IMG/VR virus record: IMGVR_UViG_2706794686_000007 | From: a virus | Taxonomy: Duplodnaviria; Heunggongvirae; Uroviricota; Caudoviricetes | Reading direction: 5' to 3' (one strand) | Length of the DNA stretch: 33,508 nt | Part shown: positions 18,851 to 26,540 of the stretch, in pieces | Numbering within the stretch: the first letter of the stretch is position 1 | Layout of the letters: every line of letters starts with the position of its first letter | Position numbers and translations under genes: made by a program | Notes under the pieces: generated by a model | Told to the model about the DNA's origin: nothing | Database searches by the model: none | The model's input: only the letters and a program-made list of their open reading frames with translations

Positions 18851-20517
18851 TACCAGCCCCCCCGATCAAATTCATGATATGCCTCATCGTCATCACGATA
18901 ACCGCCCTCCATTGCCCGCGACCGCTCCTGTAGCGCCTGACAGGCTGATTCATCCAGGATGAAGCCCTCCATGTATGACGCCCGGTTTGCCATACAGAGC
19001 GCCACGGCAAAATCACCATGGCGGCGGGCGTTCGCAGCCGTTGCGTTCTGGTCCTTCGTGCGCCCCTTGTCGATTTGCGGGATACCATTCACTACCTTCA
19101 CATGGCGCAAATCATCAAGCGTGGTCTGATGGCGGGCGACGAGGATATTCTGATCTTCAAACTCGGCTTTCAGTTTTGGCATCCACTCGCCGTACCACTT
19201 CGGCGACAACATCACGCAGTCGATGATGTCCGGGCCAAAGGCCAGCAGTGCGGCCTCTGCCAGATAGCCGCCGTTACCGGTGGCGTCGAACGCCGCACCG
19301 ACCAGCGCCGGAACGCGGGTCAGGATGTACATCATCACCTGTTCCTGCTGGGCATACGGCAGGTTGCGCAGCTCCACGCGAAACACCTCGCGCTTTGCCA
19401 GGGATTCGGTGATTTCCAGCAGCACAAAGCAGGACAGGTCACCGGTGCGGGCAAAGTCTTCCCCGAAGCTGAAGCGGGAACGGGGATTTAATTTCTCTAA
19501 AAGCGGTTTTAAATGTTCTTCACACCAGGTTAAAACTTCCGATTCACGCAGCCATGCGGCACGGCTGATGAAGTTGTCCGGGGCTTCAAACGTCAGAATC
19601 GGGATGTCGCGGATCATCGCCATTTCAATAAGCGCGTGGGGGATATAGGCACCGCCGGATTTTTTCGGGATACAGCCGTATTCCTCGTCGGCATCCTCAC
19701 GGGTCGGGGCGTTTTTGTAGAGATCATCACGCCATTTCTGCTCGCTTTCCGGTGACCATTCCTGATCGGTGACGTAACAGATACGACGGTACAGCCCGTC
19801 CGCAATGGCATCATCCAGGGTTATGCGGTGGACGCTGTAATCCTTGCGCCCCTCGCGGGCTTCCTGAATGTACTGATTAAACAGATTATCGACGCCGTTA
19901 TGCGTGGAGATAATACGCACGCGCGCGCCCCACATAGTGAGCGCCATTGCCGCCTTGAGAAGCTCATCCAGTGACTCGTGGAACGCGGCTTCATCAATCA
20001 CCACATCCCCCTGAAGGCCGCGCAGGTTTGACGGACGGGAAGACAATGCCTGAATTTTGAATCCACTGTTCGGAAAGCGGATCATGTAGGTCAAAATTTC
20101 TTCTTTTTTATCCCGATCCCAGAATGTCTGCTCATACACATCAGCATCTGCCAGCTGGTTAAAGGCACGGGAGAACAGCGCGCAGGCAGAAATATATTCC
20201 AGCGCCATCTCCTGCTTTGATCCCACATAAAACACATTGCGGCCACCACGACGCTTCGGTTTTGCAGCAGTAATGACGTTACGCCCGGCTTCCGCCCAGG
20301 TAAGACCGGTGCGGCGGGATTTCTCCGCGATGCAGACCTGACTTTCATCTGCAAACCAGCGGGCCTGATAATCCAGAAACACCGGCATATCACCGGGCAA
20401 ATCAAGGCTGTCCGGCACATCCACGCCCAGCAGGGCTTTTTCACCTGACAGATCAATTTTGCGGGGAGGCGTCATTTGCATCAGTGAAGGCGACGTTTCT
20501 CTGGCTTTGTTCATCAT
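18850..20517 (-). CDS. terminase large subunit (Mu gp28-like)
   Basis: 555-aa ORF with Walker-B-like VVIDEAAF; upstream of the portal. Confidence 0.8.
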   Translation of the reverse strand: MMNKARETSPSLMQMTPPRKIDLSGEKALLGVDVPDSLDLPGDMPVFLDYQARWFADESQVCIAEKSRRTGLTWAEAGRNVITAAKPKRRGGRNVFYVGSKQEMALEYISACALFSRAFNQLADADVYEQTFWDRDKKEEILTYMIRFPNSGFKIQALSSRPSNLRGLQGDVVIDEAAFHESLDELLKAAMALTMWGARVRIISTHNGVDNLFNQYIQEAREGRKDYSVHRITLDDAIADGLYRRICYVTDQEWSPESEQKWRDDLYKNAPTREDADEEYGCIPKKSGGAYIPHALIEMAMIRDIPILTFEAPDNFISRAAWLRESEVLTWCEEHLKPLLEKLNPRSRFSFGEDFARTGDLSCFVLLEITESLAKREVFRVELRNLPYAQQEQVMMYILTRVPALVGAAFDATGNGGYLAEAALLAFGPDIIDCVMLSPKWYGEWMPKLKAEFEDQNILVARHQTTLDDLRHVKVVNGIPQIDKGRTKDQNATAANARRHGDFAVALCMANRASYMEGFILDESACQALQERSRAMEGGYRDDDEAYHEFDRGGW

Positions 20518-20762
20518 GCTTTACCTGTCAGAATGCTTTTGATTCGGGACTCAAGCTCTTCAGTCATCACGTCCACGCCGCTCAACTCATCAGTGGCAGC
20601 CTCTGCCAGCAGCGAATGCAGTTGTTCCAGGGATATTTCCCCGGCAATGCTGAGTTCAGTCAACTCACGACATACCTTTATGGTTTCAGGAGGTAACTGT
20701 GTTGCAAGACTGAATGCTTTCTGATGGGCACTGCTCATCAGTGAGCGGTTATCTGTTGCCAT
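20514..20762 (-). CDS. small protein sharing the C-terminal motif of the upstream gp27-like protein
   Basis: 82-aa ORF with strong SD (GGAGGTGAAT); C-terminal 28 aa are about 60% identical to the C-terminus of the 20773-21354 product, with visible DNA similarity. Confidence 0.45.
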   Translation of the reverse strand: MATDNRSLMSSAHQKAFSLATQLPPETIKVCRELTELSIAGEISLEQLHSLLAEAATDELSGVDVMTEELESRIKSILTGKA

Positions 20763-20772
20763 GATTCACCTC

Positions 20773-21354
20773 CTACGCCTTACCCAGCAGCATCTGCCTG
20801 ATACGGAATTCGATCTGCTCGCTCATGCCATCCACGCCGCGCAACTCATCGGTGACCGCATTCGCCATCTCTTCAGCAAATGCGGCCCGGATTTCTTTTT
20901 CACGCTTAATGCTGCGCTCGGCGGCACTTTCTGCACGCTGTGCCGACAGGAGGATGTCCTTAATAAGGCGCATATCCACATCGCTGTCGCTGTTCAGGGA
21001 TTCGGTGGCGGCACGCAGACGGCGGTACATCAGGGCACGGGACATCTCCAGAATCAGTGCCGTGGTTTCACCGGTCGGCTTATCCCCCAGTTCGGCCATC
21101 ATGGCTTTTGTCTGCTCGCGTAAATCACGCAGATTACGGGCAATCAGCTCATTACGGGAGGCTTCCCGGCTGATGGCCGCCGGTGAGAGCTGCTGCTCTT
21201 CCGGCAGACCTGCTTCACGGATCAGACGGTTGATTTCCTCGCGGATCTGGACCTGCGTCAGACGTTTTTCACGCAGCATTTCCAGCAGCGGCTTACGGAT
21301 GCTGTCGGGGAGCAAATCCACCTTGCGTACACGGCCACGCGCTGGCTTATCCAT
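20773..21354 (-). CDS. Mu gp27-like protein (putative small terminase, DUF3486-type)
   Basis: 193-aa charged, coiled-coil-like ORF immediately upstream of the terminase large subunit. Confidence 0.55.
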   Translation of the reverse strand: MDKPARGRVRKVDLLPDSIRKPLLEMLREKRLTQVQIREEINRLIREAGLPEEQQLSPAAISREASRNELIARNLRDLREQTKAMMAELGDKPTGETTALILEMSRALMYRRLRAATESLNSDSDVDMRLIKDILLSAQRAESAAERSIKREKEIRAAFAEEMANAVTDELRGVDGMSEQIEFRIRQMLLGKA

Positions 21355-21356
21355 CG

Positions 21357-21647
21357 TTACCCCCTTGCGCGTGGTTTCTTCACACCCGGAACGGTGGCGC
21401 GGCCTTCCGCCACATCCTGACCCCGGCCGGTCAGTTCAGCGATGAAATAACCGTTAACAAGCGTGCGCTTACGCACCAGTCCCTGCTCGGCAAGCCAGGC
21501 AATGTGGGTATGAACGGTGTCGCGGGACACGCGGTGACCGTAATCATCCAGGCAGTCCTGAAGCACGGATTCGCCCAGTTCGCCGTTGTAATCCGCCAGC
21601 GACCGCAGAATGACAAGACGCTGATCTTCAGTAATGAAATCACTCAT
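21357..21647 (-). CDS. putative winged-helix DNA-binding protein
   Basis: 96-aa ORF with basic C-terminal tail; translationally coupled into the terminase cluster. Confidence 0.4.
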   Translation of the reverse strand: MSDFITEDQRLVILRSLADYNGELGESVLQDCLDDYGHRVSRDTVHTHIAWLAEQGLVRKRTLVNGYFIAELTGRGQDVAEGRATVPGVKKPRARG

Positions 21648-21951
21648 TGTGTTTTTTCCTTACAGCCTGCTCCAGCAGCAGTTCGTTCTGATGGGAGACG
21701 GATTTCAGGGTGGCATTGGTGGCCTTAAGCTCACCGCGCAGGGTGGTGATTTCGATATTGAGTCTGTTCACCTCCTGCTGCGTGGGCAGGCCGGAAATCC
21801 GGCTCTCCACCCGCTCAACCCGGTCGGAGAGTTTTTCAAAGGCCTCGCGGGGGACAAAGGTTTTGCGCATCAGCGCCATGAAGATCCCCCCGGCTGTGGC
21901 CGTTGCCGACAGGATCGGCACGACATAATCTTTAACGATGCTGACCCACAT
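21640..21951 (-). CDS. small membrane protein (holin- or releasin-like candidate)
   Basis: 103-aa ORF with hydrophobic N-terminal segment (VVPILSATATAGGIFMALM) and coiled-coil C-terminus, near the lysis genes. Confidence 0.4.
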   Translation of the reverse strand: MWVSIVKDYVVPILSATATAGGIFMALMRKTFVPREAFEKLSDRVERVESRISGLPTQQEVNRLNIEITTLRGELKATNATLKSVSHQNELLLEQAVRKKHNE

Positions 21952-22159
21952 GACCGGCCTCCATGATGTTCTGGCAGTTCACACAACGGATGGCATCCGG
22001 CACGGCAACCAGACGGGCAGCCGGAATGTCACCCCCGCAGTCCGCGCATACACGCCTGCCCGGTGTCTCCGCCACCCGGCGCTTACGTGTCAGCCGGTCA
22101 CAAAGGGCGCGTTCTGTTGCACGCTCCATGACTGCCTGAGCACAATCTGAATCATCCAT
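21932..22159 (-). CDS. TraR/DksA-family C4 zinc-finger protein
   Basis: CADCGG…CVNCQ motif. Start taken at internal Met (MDDSDCAQ…) because the ORF-track start at 22225 overlaps the Rz1-like gene. Confidence 0.55.
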   Translation of the reverse strand: MDDSDCAQAVMERATERALCDRLTRKRRVAETPGRRVCADCGGDIPAARLVAVPDAIRCVNCQNIMEAGHVGQHR

Positions 22160-22169
22160 ACCTTTTTCC

Positions 22170-22541
22170 TTACTTCGTCTTTCCTGCCGGAACAGCAGTC
22201 GTTCCGGCCATATCAGTAAATTCATGCTGTCGCTGTGTCTCCAGACGGCGGATGCTGGCCTTGTCCACGTTGCAGTTTTTAATCACCGCCAGCAGTTGCA
22301 GGTTGTAAGTGACCGATGCACCAAACGTGAACGGCTGCGGCGCGGGAGGGACCAGGCAGTCAGCCAGCCATTCAGCGGGGATCGGCACCGGCTTCACCGG
22401 CACGTATTTCACAGACGGCCCGCCGCACCCGGTCAGCCACATCATCAGGCACAGGCACAGCGGCAGCAGGCACCGTTGCCAGTGACCGGCGGACAATGCT
22501 CTGCTGTTCCTCGCTGTGCTGCATGTTCTGCTGTTTTTCAT
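22170..22541 (-). CDS. o-spanin (Rz1-like outer-membrane lipoprotein)
   Basis: Lipobox LTGC after a hydrophobic stretch; Pro-rich mature region. Starts inside the Rz-like gene in another frame and runs past its end. Start codon uncertain (22541 or 22445). Confidence 0.5.
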   Translation of the reverse strand: MKNSRTCSTARNSRALSAGHWQRCLLPLCLCLMMWLTGCGGPSVKYVPVKPVPIPAEWLADCLVPPAPQPFTFGASVTYNLQLLAVIKNCNVDKASIRRLETQRQHEFTDMAGTTAVPAGKTK

Positions 22542-22893
22542 TCGTGGCCGCCTTGCTGATTTGTGAAATGAGTTGCAGGGTGCGTTGCTGGTTTGCCAGC
22601 ACCAGACGGGCTTCGTCCCGTTCACGCACAAGCACATGATTATTGTCCTCAAGGCGCTGCGTCTTCTGGTGCATTCCCCATACCACGGCAGCCAGCACGC
22701 TCATCACCCCCAGCGCCGCCATACAGCCTCCGGCAATCAGGGCCGGTAAGGGATTGTTCACCGCAGACACAGCACACCCCGCAGCAGCACAACGGCACAC
22801 AGCAGCGCAATCATGAGCGGTCGCCAGAAGCGGTTCAGACTTTCGGCAAATCGTAACGACATAACCATTCATCCGCCGAACGGCGGGCCTCAA
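22372..22893 (-). CDS. i-spanin (Rz-like)
   Basis: Hydrophobic N-terminal segment (LPALIAGGCMAALGVMSVLAAVVWG) then Gln/Arg-rich coiled coil; follows the endolysin; start uncertain. Confidence 0.5.
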   Translation of the reverse strand: MRPAVRRMNGYVVTICRKSEPLLATAHDCAAVCRCAAAGCAVSAVNNPLPALIAGGCMAALGVMSVLAAVVWGMHQKTQRLEDNNHVLVRERDEARLVLANQQRTLQLISQISKAATNEKQQNMQHSEEQQSIVRRSLATVPAAAVPVPDDVADRVRRAVCEIRAGEAGADPR

Positions 22894-23335
22894 GACCGGG
22901 GAGTTTTACCCCCTTTGAATAAATCCAGCGGATATACTGCTTACAGGACGCGGGCATCTGCCCGGCATTGATAAGGCGCAGGAGCGTGGAGTTGCGAAAG
23001 TTCGTTTCACCGGCCCAGAAAATCCAGGAGGCCAGCGCCACCGTCTGACCACGGGTAAGCGGCACCTGAACATGACGATCGATAGCCGCAAAGGCCCATT
23101 TCATGTCCTTTTCCAGCAGCTCCAGACACTCTTCATCAGTTTTTGTCATCCCCGGTTTCACATCCGGGCCGGTATGGCCGTAACAGATGGTGGGGGTGCC
23201 GGTGGGATCAATGTACGTGGTGTTTTCTTTCCCTTCCCAGTAGCCGGTGTAGTGCGTGGCAATGGTGAACGTCCCGGCTCCGGCCAGAACAAGGGCAATC
23301 AGCTTTTTACGCAGGGGTGCGGGGAGTTTTGGCAT
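22835..23335 (-). CDS. SAR endolysin (T4-lysozyme-like GH24)
   Basis: 166-aa ORF; Gly/Ala-rich weakly hydrophobic N-terminus (LIALVLAGAGTFTIAT); catalytic-region pattern E-x8-D-x5-T (WEGKENTTYIDPTGTPTICYGHTG). Confidence 0.8.
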   Translation of the reverse strand: MPKLPAPLRKKLIALVLAGAGTFTIATHYTGYWEGKENTTYIDPTGTPTICYGHTGPDVKPGMTKTDEECLELLEKDMKWAFAAIDRHVQVPLTRGQTVALASWIFWAGETNFRNSTLLRLINAGQMPASCKQYIRWIYSKGVKLPGLEARRSADEWLCRYDLPKV

Positions 23336-23401
23336 TGTTACGCTGTCTCATGGTGTTCTCTGAGTCAGCGTAACCGTGAGGAAAAGGGGGCAGGATTTGC
23401 G

Positions 23402-23842
23402 NNNNNNNNNNNNNNNNNNNNNNNNNNNNNNNNNNNNNNNNNNNNNNNNNNNNNNNNNNNNNNNNNNNNNNNNNNNNNNNNNNNNNNNNNNNNNNNNNNN
23501 NNNNNNNNNNNNNNNNNNNNNNNNNNNNNNNNNNNNNNNNNNNNNNNNNNNNNNNNNNNNNNNNNNNNNNNNNNNNNNNNNNNNNNNNNNNNNNNNNNNN
23601 NNNNNNNNNNNNNNNNNNNNNNNNNNNNNNNNNNNNNNNNNNNNNNNNNNNNNNNNNNNNNNNNCCGCCTGAGCAGGTTCAATCCCCTGACGGTGCAGTT
23701 CAGCACTGATCACATCAACCAGGTCCCGCAGCGTGCCGGGCCAGTTCTTTTTCAGCTCATCATCAGGAATATCATCCAGACGGTCAATCAGCGCGTGCAG
23801 CTGTTCGCTGTCACCAAACATGCTCATCTGTGTTTCAGCCAT
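23402..23842 (-). CDS. Mor/C-family transcriptional activator, 3' part N-masked
   Basis: N-terminus MAETQMSMFGDSEQLHALIDRLDD…GIEPAQA resembles the Mu Mor N-terminus as I recall it; SD GGAGG upstream; the rest is hidden by the N-run. Confidence 0.55.
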
Positions 23843-23872
23843 ACCCGCCTCCGGTCATCATTACACAGGGCA

Positions 23873-23906
23873 AGTTTAAAATAAAAATCCCGCGCTGTGG
23901 CGGGAT
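23873..23906 (-). terminator. intrinsic terminator-like hairpin between gemA and the Mor/C-family gene
   Basis: Minus strand: ATCCCGC-CACAGC-GCGGGAT (7-bp stem) followed by TTTTATTTTT. Confidence 0.5.
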
Positions 23907-23912
23907 TTGGGG

Positions 23913-24425
23913 TTAACGGGGGAATGATTTTTCATACAGCCTGCAAACACGCTCATAACTCATCACTGCACGTTCCGACATATCCAGGGCTGCCAGCATT
24001 TTGCGGCGGTGCCAGCGTTTGAGACGCTCCAGCACATCAGAGGCCAGCGCGGGTTGTTGCTCCAGCCACTGCCAGTTAGCCACACCTTCGCCGTCGTTCT
24101 GCGCGGCCGTCTGCGATTTCACCCAGCGGTTAAGGGCCGTTTCCCCGCCATCAGAGATAAATCCCTGCCGGTGCATCACTTTCCAGATGGCGCGAATTTT
24201 GGCGGTCACCGTACCCGGTTTTAAGGCCCGGTTAACCGGCTTCTGACGCACTTTAAAACCGCGTTTTTTGAAAACATCCAGCACGCGGGATAACTCACCG
24301 GGTGACATATCACGGCAACTGGATTTGCCGGTGGCTGCCAGCAGCGCGGATGTATAGGTATCATGGTCAAGCTGTAGATCGCGTTTTGCGACATGTATTA
24401 AGGTAATCAGGGAAGCGCGATTCAT
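23913..24425 (-). CDS. gemA: GemA-like regulatory protein (Mu gp16, DUF1018-type)
   Basis: 170-aa ORF; N-terminus MNRASLITLIHVAKRDLQLDHDTY…GKSSCRDMSPGEL… resembles the GemA/gp16 family; sits upstream of the Mor/C-family gene as in Mu. Confidence 0.65.
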   Translation of the reverse strand: MNRASLITLIHVAKRDLQLDHDTYTSALLAATGKSSCRDMSPGELSRVLDVFKKRGFKVRQKPVNRALKPGTVTAKIRAIWKVMHRQGFISDGGETALNRWVKSQTAAQNDGEGVANWQWLEQQPALASDVLERLKRWHRRKMLAALDMSERAVMSYERVCRLYEKSFPR

Positions 24426-24437
24426 TATCGTGGCTCC

Positions 24438-24467
24438 ATAAAAAATGGGCGGTGTTACCGCACCGCC
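24438..24467 (-). terminator. intrinsic terminator-like hairpin upstream of gemA
   Basis: Minus strand: GGCGGTG-CGGTAA-CACCGCC (7-bp stem) followed by CATTTTTTAT. Confidence 0.45.
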
Positions 24468-24495
24468 ATGTCAATTAACATAAAAGGAAAAATCT

Positions 24496-24735
24496 ATGTC
24501 AGATATAAAAAATGCACTTGATGTTGCCGCATTCACAATGGCTGGAAATCTTATGGTAACCCTGTTCGATAAGGGGCTGATTTCCCGTGAGGAGGCAATA
24601 CATATTATCAATCTCGCTCAAAAAAACTCTACCCCGGAAAATGCAGAAGATATCCAGGATGGCTCATATATTAATACCGACTGGCATTTCGACAATCTCC
24701 GGGCCTGTATGGGGATTACCGCTGAAAAAGATTAA
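24496..24735 (+). CDS. hypothetical protein, plus-strand gene antisense to the early operon
   Basis: 79-aa ORF with SD (aaaggaaaaatct-ATG); AT-rich block; 3' end overlaps the convergent 24716-25018 ORF by 20 nt. Confidence 0.5.
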   Translation: MSDIKNALDVAAFTMAGNLMVTLFDKGLISREEAIHIINLAQKNSTPENAEDIQDGSYINTDWHFDNLRACMGITAEKD

Positions 24736-25018
24736 AAATTTTTGCATAATGTTCAGATGTAAGAATTGCTGAACCATCAACACCGAGCCTACGGCGAACG
24801 TATTCCTCGCGGGCTATTTTATTATCCAGAGATACAGCATCCTTAATCAGGTTAATCTCCCGCTCCATTATCAAAAGGGCTTCTCTGGCTGCAAGATTTT
24901 CTTTTATCGCATATTCGATAATGTCCCGCATACGTTCAAGCATGCCGATTTTAGCCAGTTCTTCGTCGATAGATTTAGGCGCAAATTTGATTTCTTTTTC
25001 CATATTATTCATCCTCAC
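24716..25018 (-). CDS. hypothetical coiled-coil protein (AT-rich moron)
   Basis: ORF-track start is GTG at 25018; ATG starts at 25010 or 25003 (MEKEIKF…) are more likely. Charged, helical-looking sequence. Confidence 0.5.
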   Translation of the reverse strand: MRMNNMEKEIKFAPKSIDEELAKIGMLERMRDIIEYAIKENLAAREALLIMEREINLIKDAVSLDNKIAREEYVRRRLGVDGSAILTSEHYAKIFNLFQR

Positions 25019-25148
25019 AATTTATACATGCAGTGTCGTCGCCCATATCGCAGTGGTTACATTTTATCTCACCACAATGTGGGCACTCTTTCAGATACTC
25101 CGGGTCCTCATTTCCACAGGTGGGACATTCAACAATTTGCTCATCCAT
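25005..25148 (-). CDS. zinc-ribbon microprotein (four CxxC pairs), absent from the ORF track
   Basis: Hand translation: MDEQIVECPTCGNEDPEYLKECPHCGEIKCNHCDMGDDTACINCEDE (47 aa). SD AGGGGA upstream; ATG overlaps the upstream stop (ATGGATGA); its stop overlaps the next start. Confidence 0.4.
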   Translation of the reverse strand: MDEQIVECPTCGNEDPEYLKECPHCGEIKCNHCDMGDDTACINCEDE

Positions 25149-25473
25149 TATGTATCCCCTGTAATTCCGGCAAGGCCGAAAGATGGCACCAGTGCGTCAC
25201 CTGTCCGTCCTCATCTTCAAGGCAGGCTCCGGTTTCTTCATCAATAAAAAAGCCTTCATACCCCATATGGCCGATGCGCAGTTCCTGTTGGTCACCATAC
25301 TGAACAATCAGCACGACAGCCTCCATATCAGGCGGAAATGCGTCATCCAGTGAATGCCAGGGATAACCGCGCAAATCCCCGAAATAAACGCCGGTCAGCG
25401 TTCCGCCACAGAGCGGCATTCCGGCGGCACACACAAGAGGTTCATCTGATTCAACAAATAAGGTCGTTATCAT
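25141..25473 (-). CDS. hypothetical early protein
   Basis: 110-aa acidic ORF, translationally coupled to both neighbours. Confidence 0.45.
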   Translation of the reverse strand: MITTLFVESDEPLVCAAGMPLCGGTLTGVYFGDLRGYPWHSLDDAFPPDMEAVVLIVQYGDQQELRIGHMGYEGFFIDEETGACLEDEDGQVTHWCHLSALPELQGIHNG

Positions 25474-26021
25474 GGCGTTAACTCCCGTAATACAGCGTCC
25501 TCGGCAGTCCGGCGACGGTAATAAACTGCGTGAGCAGAATGTTCAGATATTCCAAACTTTTCGCCAATTTCCCGGAATGACAGACGGCGTGGGTAATCGG
25601 AATCACGCAGCTCACGTATAAGACGTACATCATCATCAGATATGCGCGTGCCGGGGCGTAACTCTCCGCACTTTGTTAATCCAGCACCAATCATTCCTGC
25701 CCGACATCTGACAGAATCTTTATTACGTCCGAGATATTCTCCCATTTGCTGGCAGGTCATTGTTCTGGCATTTTTTCGAATAAACTTATCTTCATCAGGT
25801 GTAAATCTTGGGTGTTTATATTTCAGTAACTCCGGGTATGAACTGCGCAATACACCAGTCCGGTTATATACAGCCCAGACAGTTCTTTTTATTCTGGCAG
25901 CAATATCCTTAACCGGGGTGGATGAATAAAGCGCAATCAGCAGCGCATCTTCTTCAGGTGTCCACGGACGGACATGAGCGGGGGCGCGACCTTTTAGTCC
26001 CATGGGTTGTAATTTCATCAT
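25470..26021 (-). CDS. DNA-binding protein with three tandem HTH-like repeats
   Basis: Three repeats begin WTPEEDALL…, FTPDEDKFI…, ISDDDVRLI…, each followed by a basic helix; the last resembles a sigma region-4-like HTH (RLSFREIGEKFGISEHSAHAVYYRRR). Confidence 0.45.
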   Translation of the reverse strand: MMKLQPMGLKGRAPAHVRPWTPEEDALLIALYSSTPVKDIAARIKRTVWAVYNRTGVLRSSYPELLKYKHPRFTPDEDKFIRKNARTMTCQQMGEYLGRNKDSVRCRAGMIGAGLTKCGELRPGTRISDDDVRLIRELRDSDYPRRLSFREIGEKFGISEHSAHAVYYRRRTAEDAVLRELTP

Positions 26022-26024
26022 GCA

Positions 26025-26540
26025 TCACCCCCTGACTCGCTTTTCAGCAGCATAAAACTCATCAGACAGTATTTCGGTCATTTTCTGTTTTGCGGGTTTT
26101 ACGCCGCACTGAAGGTAAATCACATCGTCAACGCAGAACCACTTCACAGGGCCAAACAGGATTGCCGAGAAATCAATACCCAACCAGAACAACAGCGCAT
26201 CGGTTCTGGCATACGTGACGGGCGAATATTCACGCCACAGACTGTTCAGTTCATCAGAGGCAACACGCAGGGTTTTAGGGATACGTGATGTGCGCGGTGT
26301 GCAGCTCCAGCCATTCGACGCAGTCGGTTTTCGCCATAAGTCGCGATGAAAAGGATATTTGTCCTCCGTAAAACGCAGTCCCTTAAAGTAAAATCCACTG
26401 ATACCGGATACAAATACCGACCGGCACGCAACATTCAGCACGGCCTCAAGGCGTTTTGCCTCATCCTTAACTTTCTGGCAGTCCTGCTGGTATTTTTGCC
26501 ACGCAGCCAGCGCGGAAGGGTTTGATGTTTTAAAGAACAT
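26025..26540 (-). CDS. hypothetical early protein
   Basis: 171-aa Trp/Cys-containing ORF; no family recognised. Confidence 0.45.
   Translation of the reverse strand: MFFKTSNPSALAAWQKYQQDCQKVKDEAKRLEAVLNVACRSVFVSGISGFYFKGLRFTEDKYPFHRDLWRKPTASNGWSCTPRTSRIPKTLRVASDELNSLWREYSPVTYARTDALLFWLGIDFSAILFGPVKWFCVDDVIYLQCGVKPAKQKMTEILSDEFYAAEKRVRG

Noticed and set aside
14043-21445. Other plus-strand ORFs antisense to head and terminase genes (14043-14606, 14176-14634, 19018-19491, 20825-21445) and the same-strand alternate frame 17329-17694
   Set aside because: Nested within confidently assigned minus-strand genes; no independent signals.
23348-23401. ORF-track continuation of the Mor/C-frame ORF to 23348 (…RKSCPLFLTVTLTQRTP)
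   Set aside because: Lies in the lys upstream region and is probably read-through of non-coding sequence; not counted as coding.
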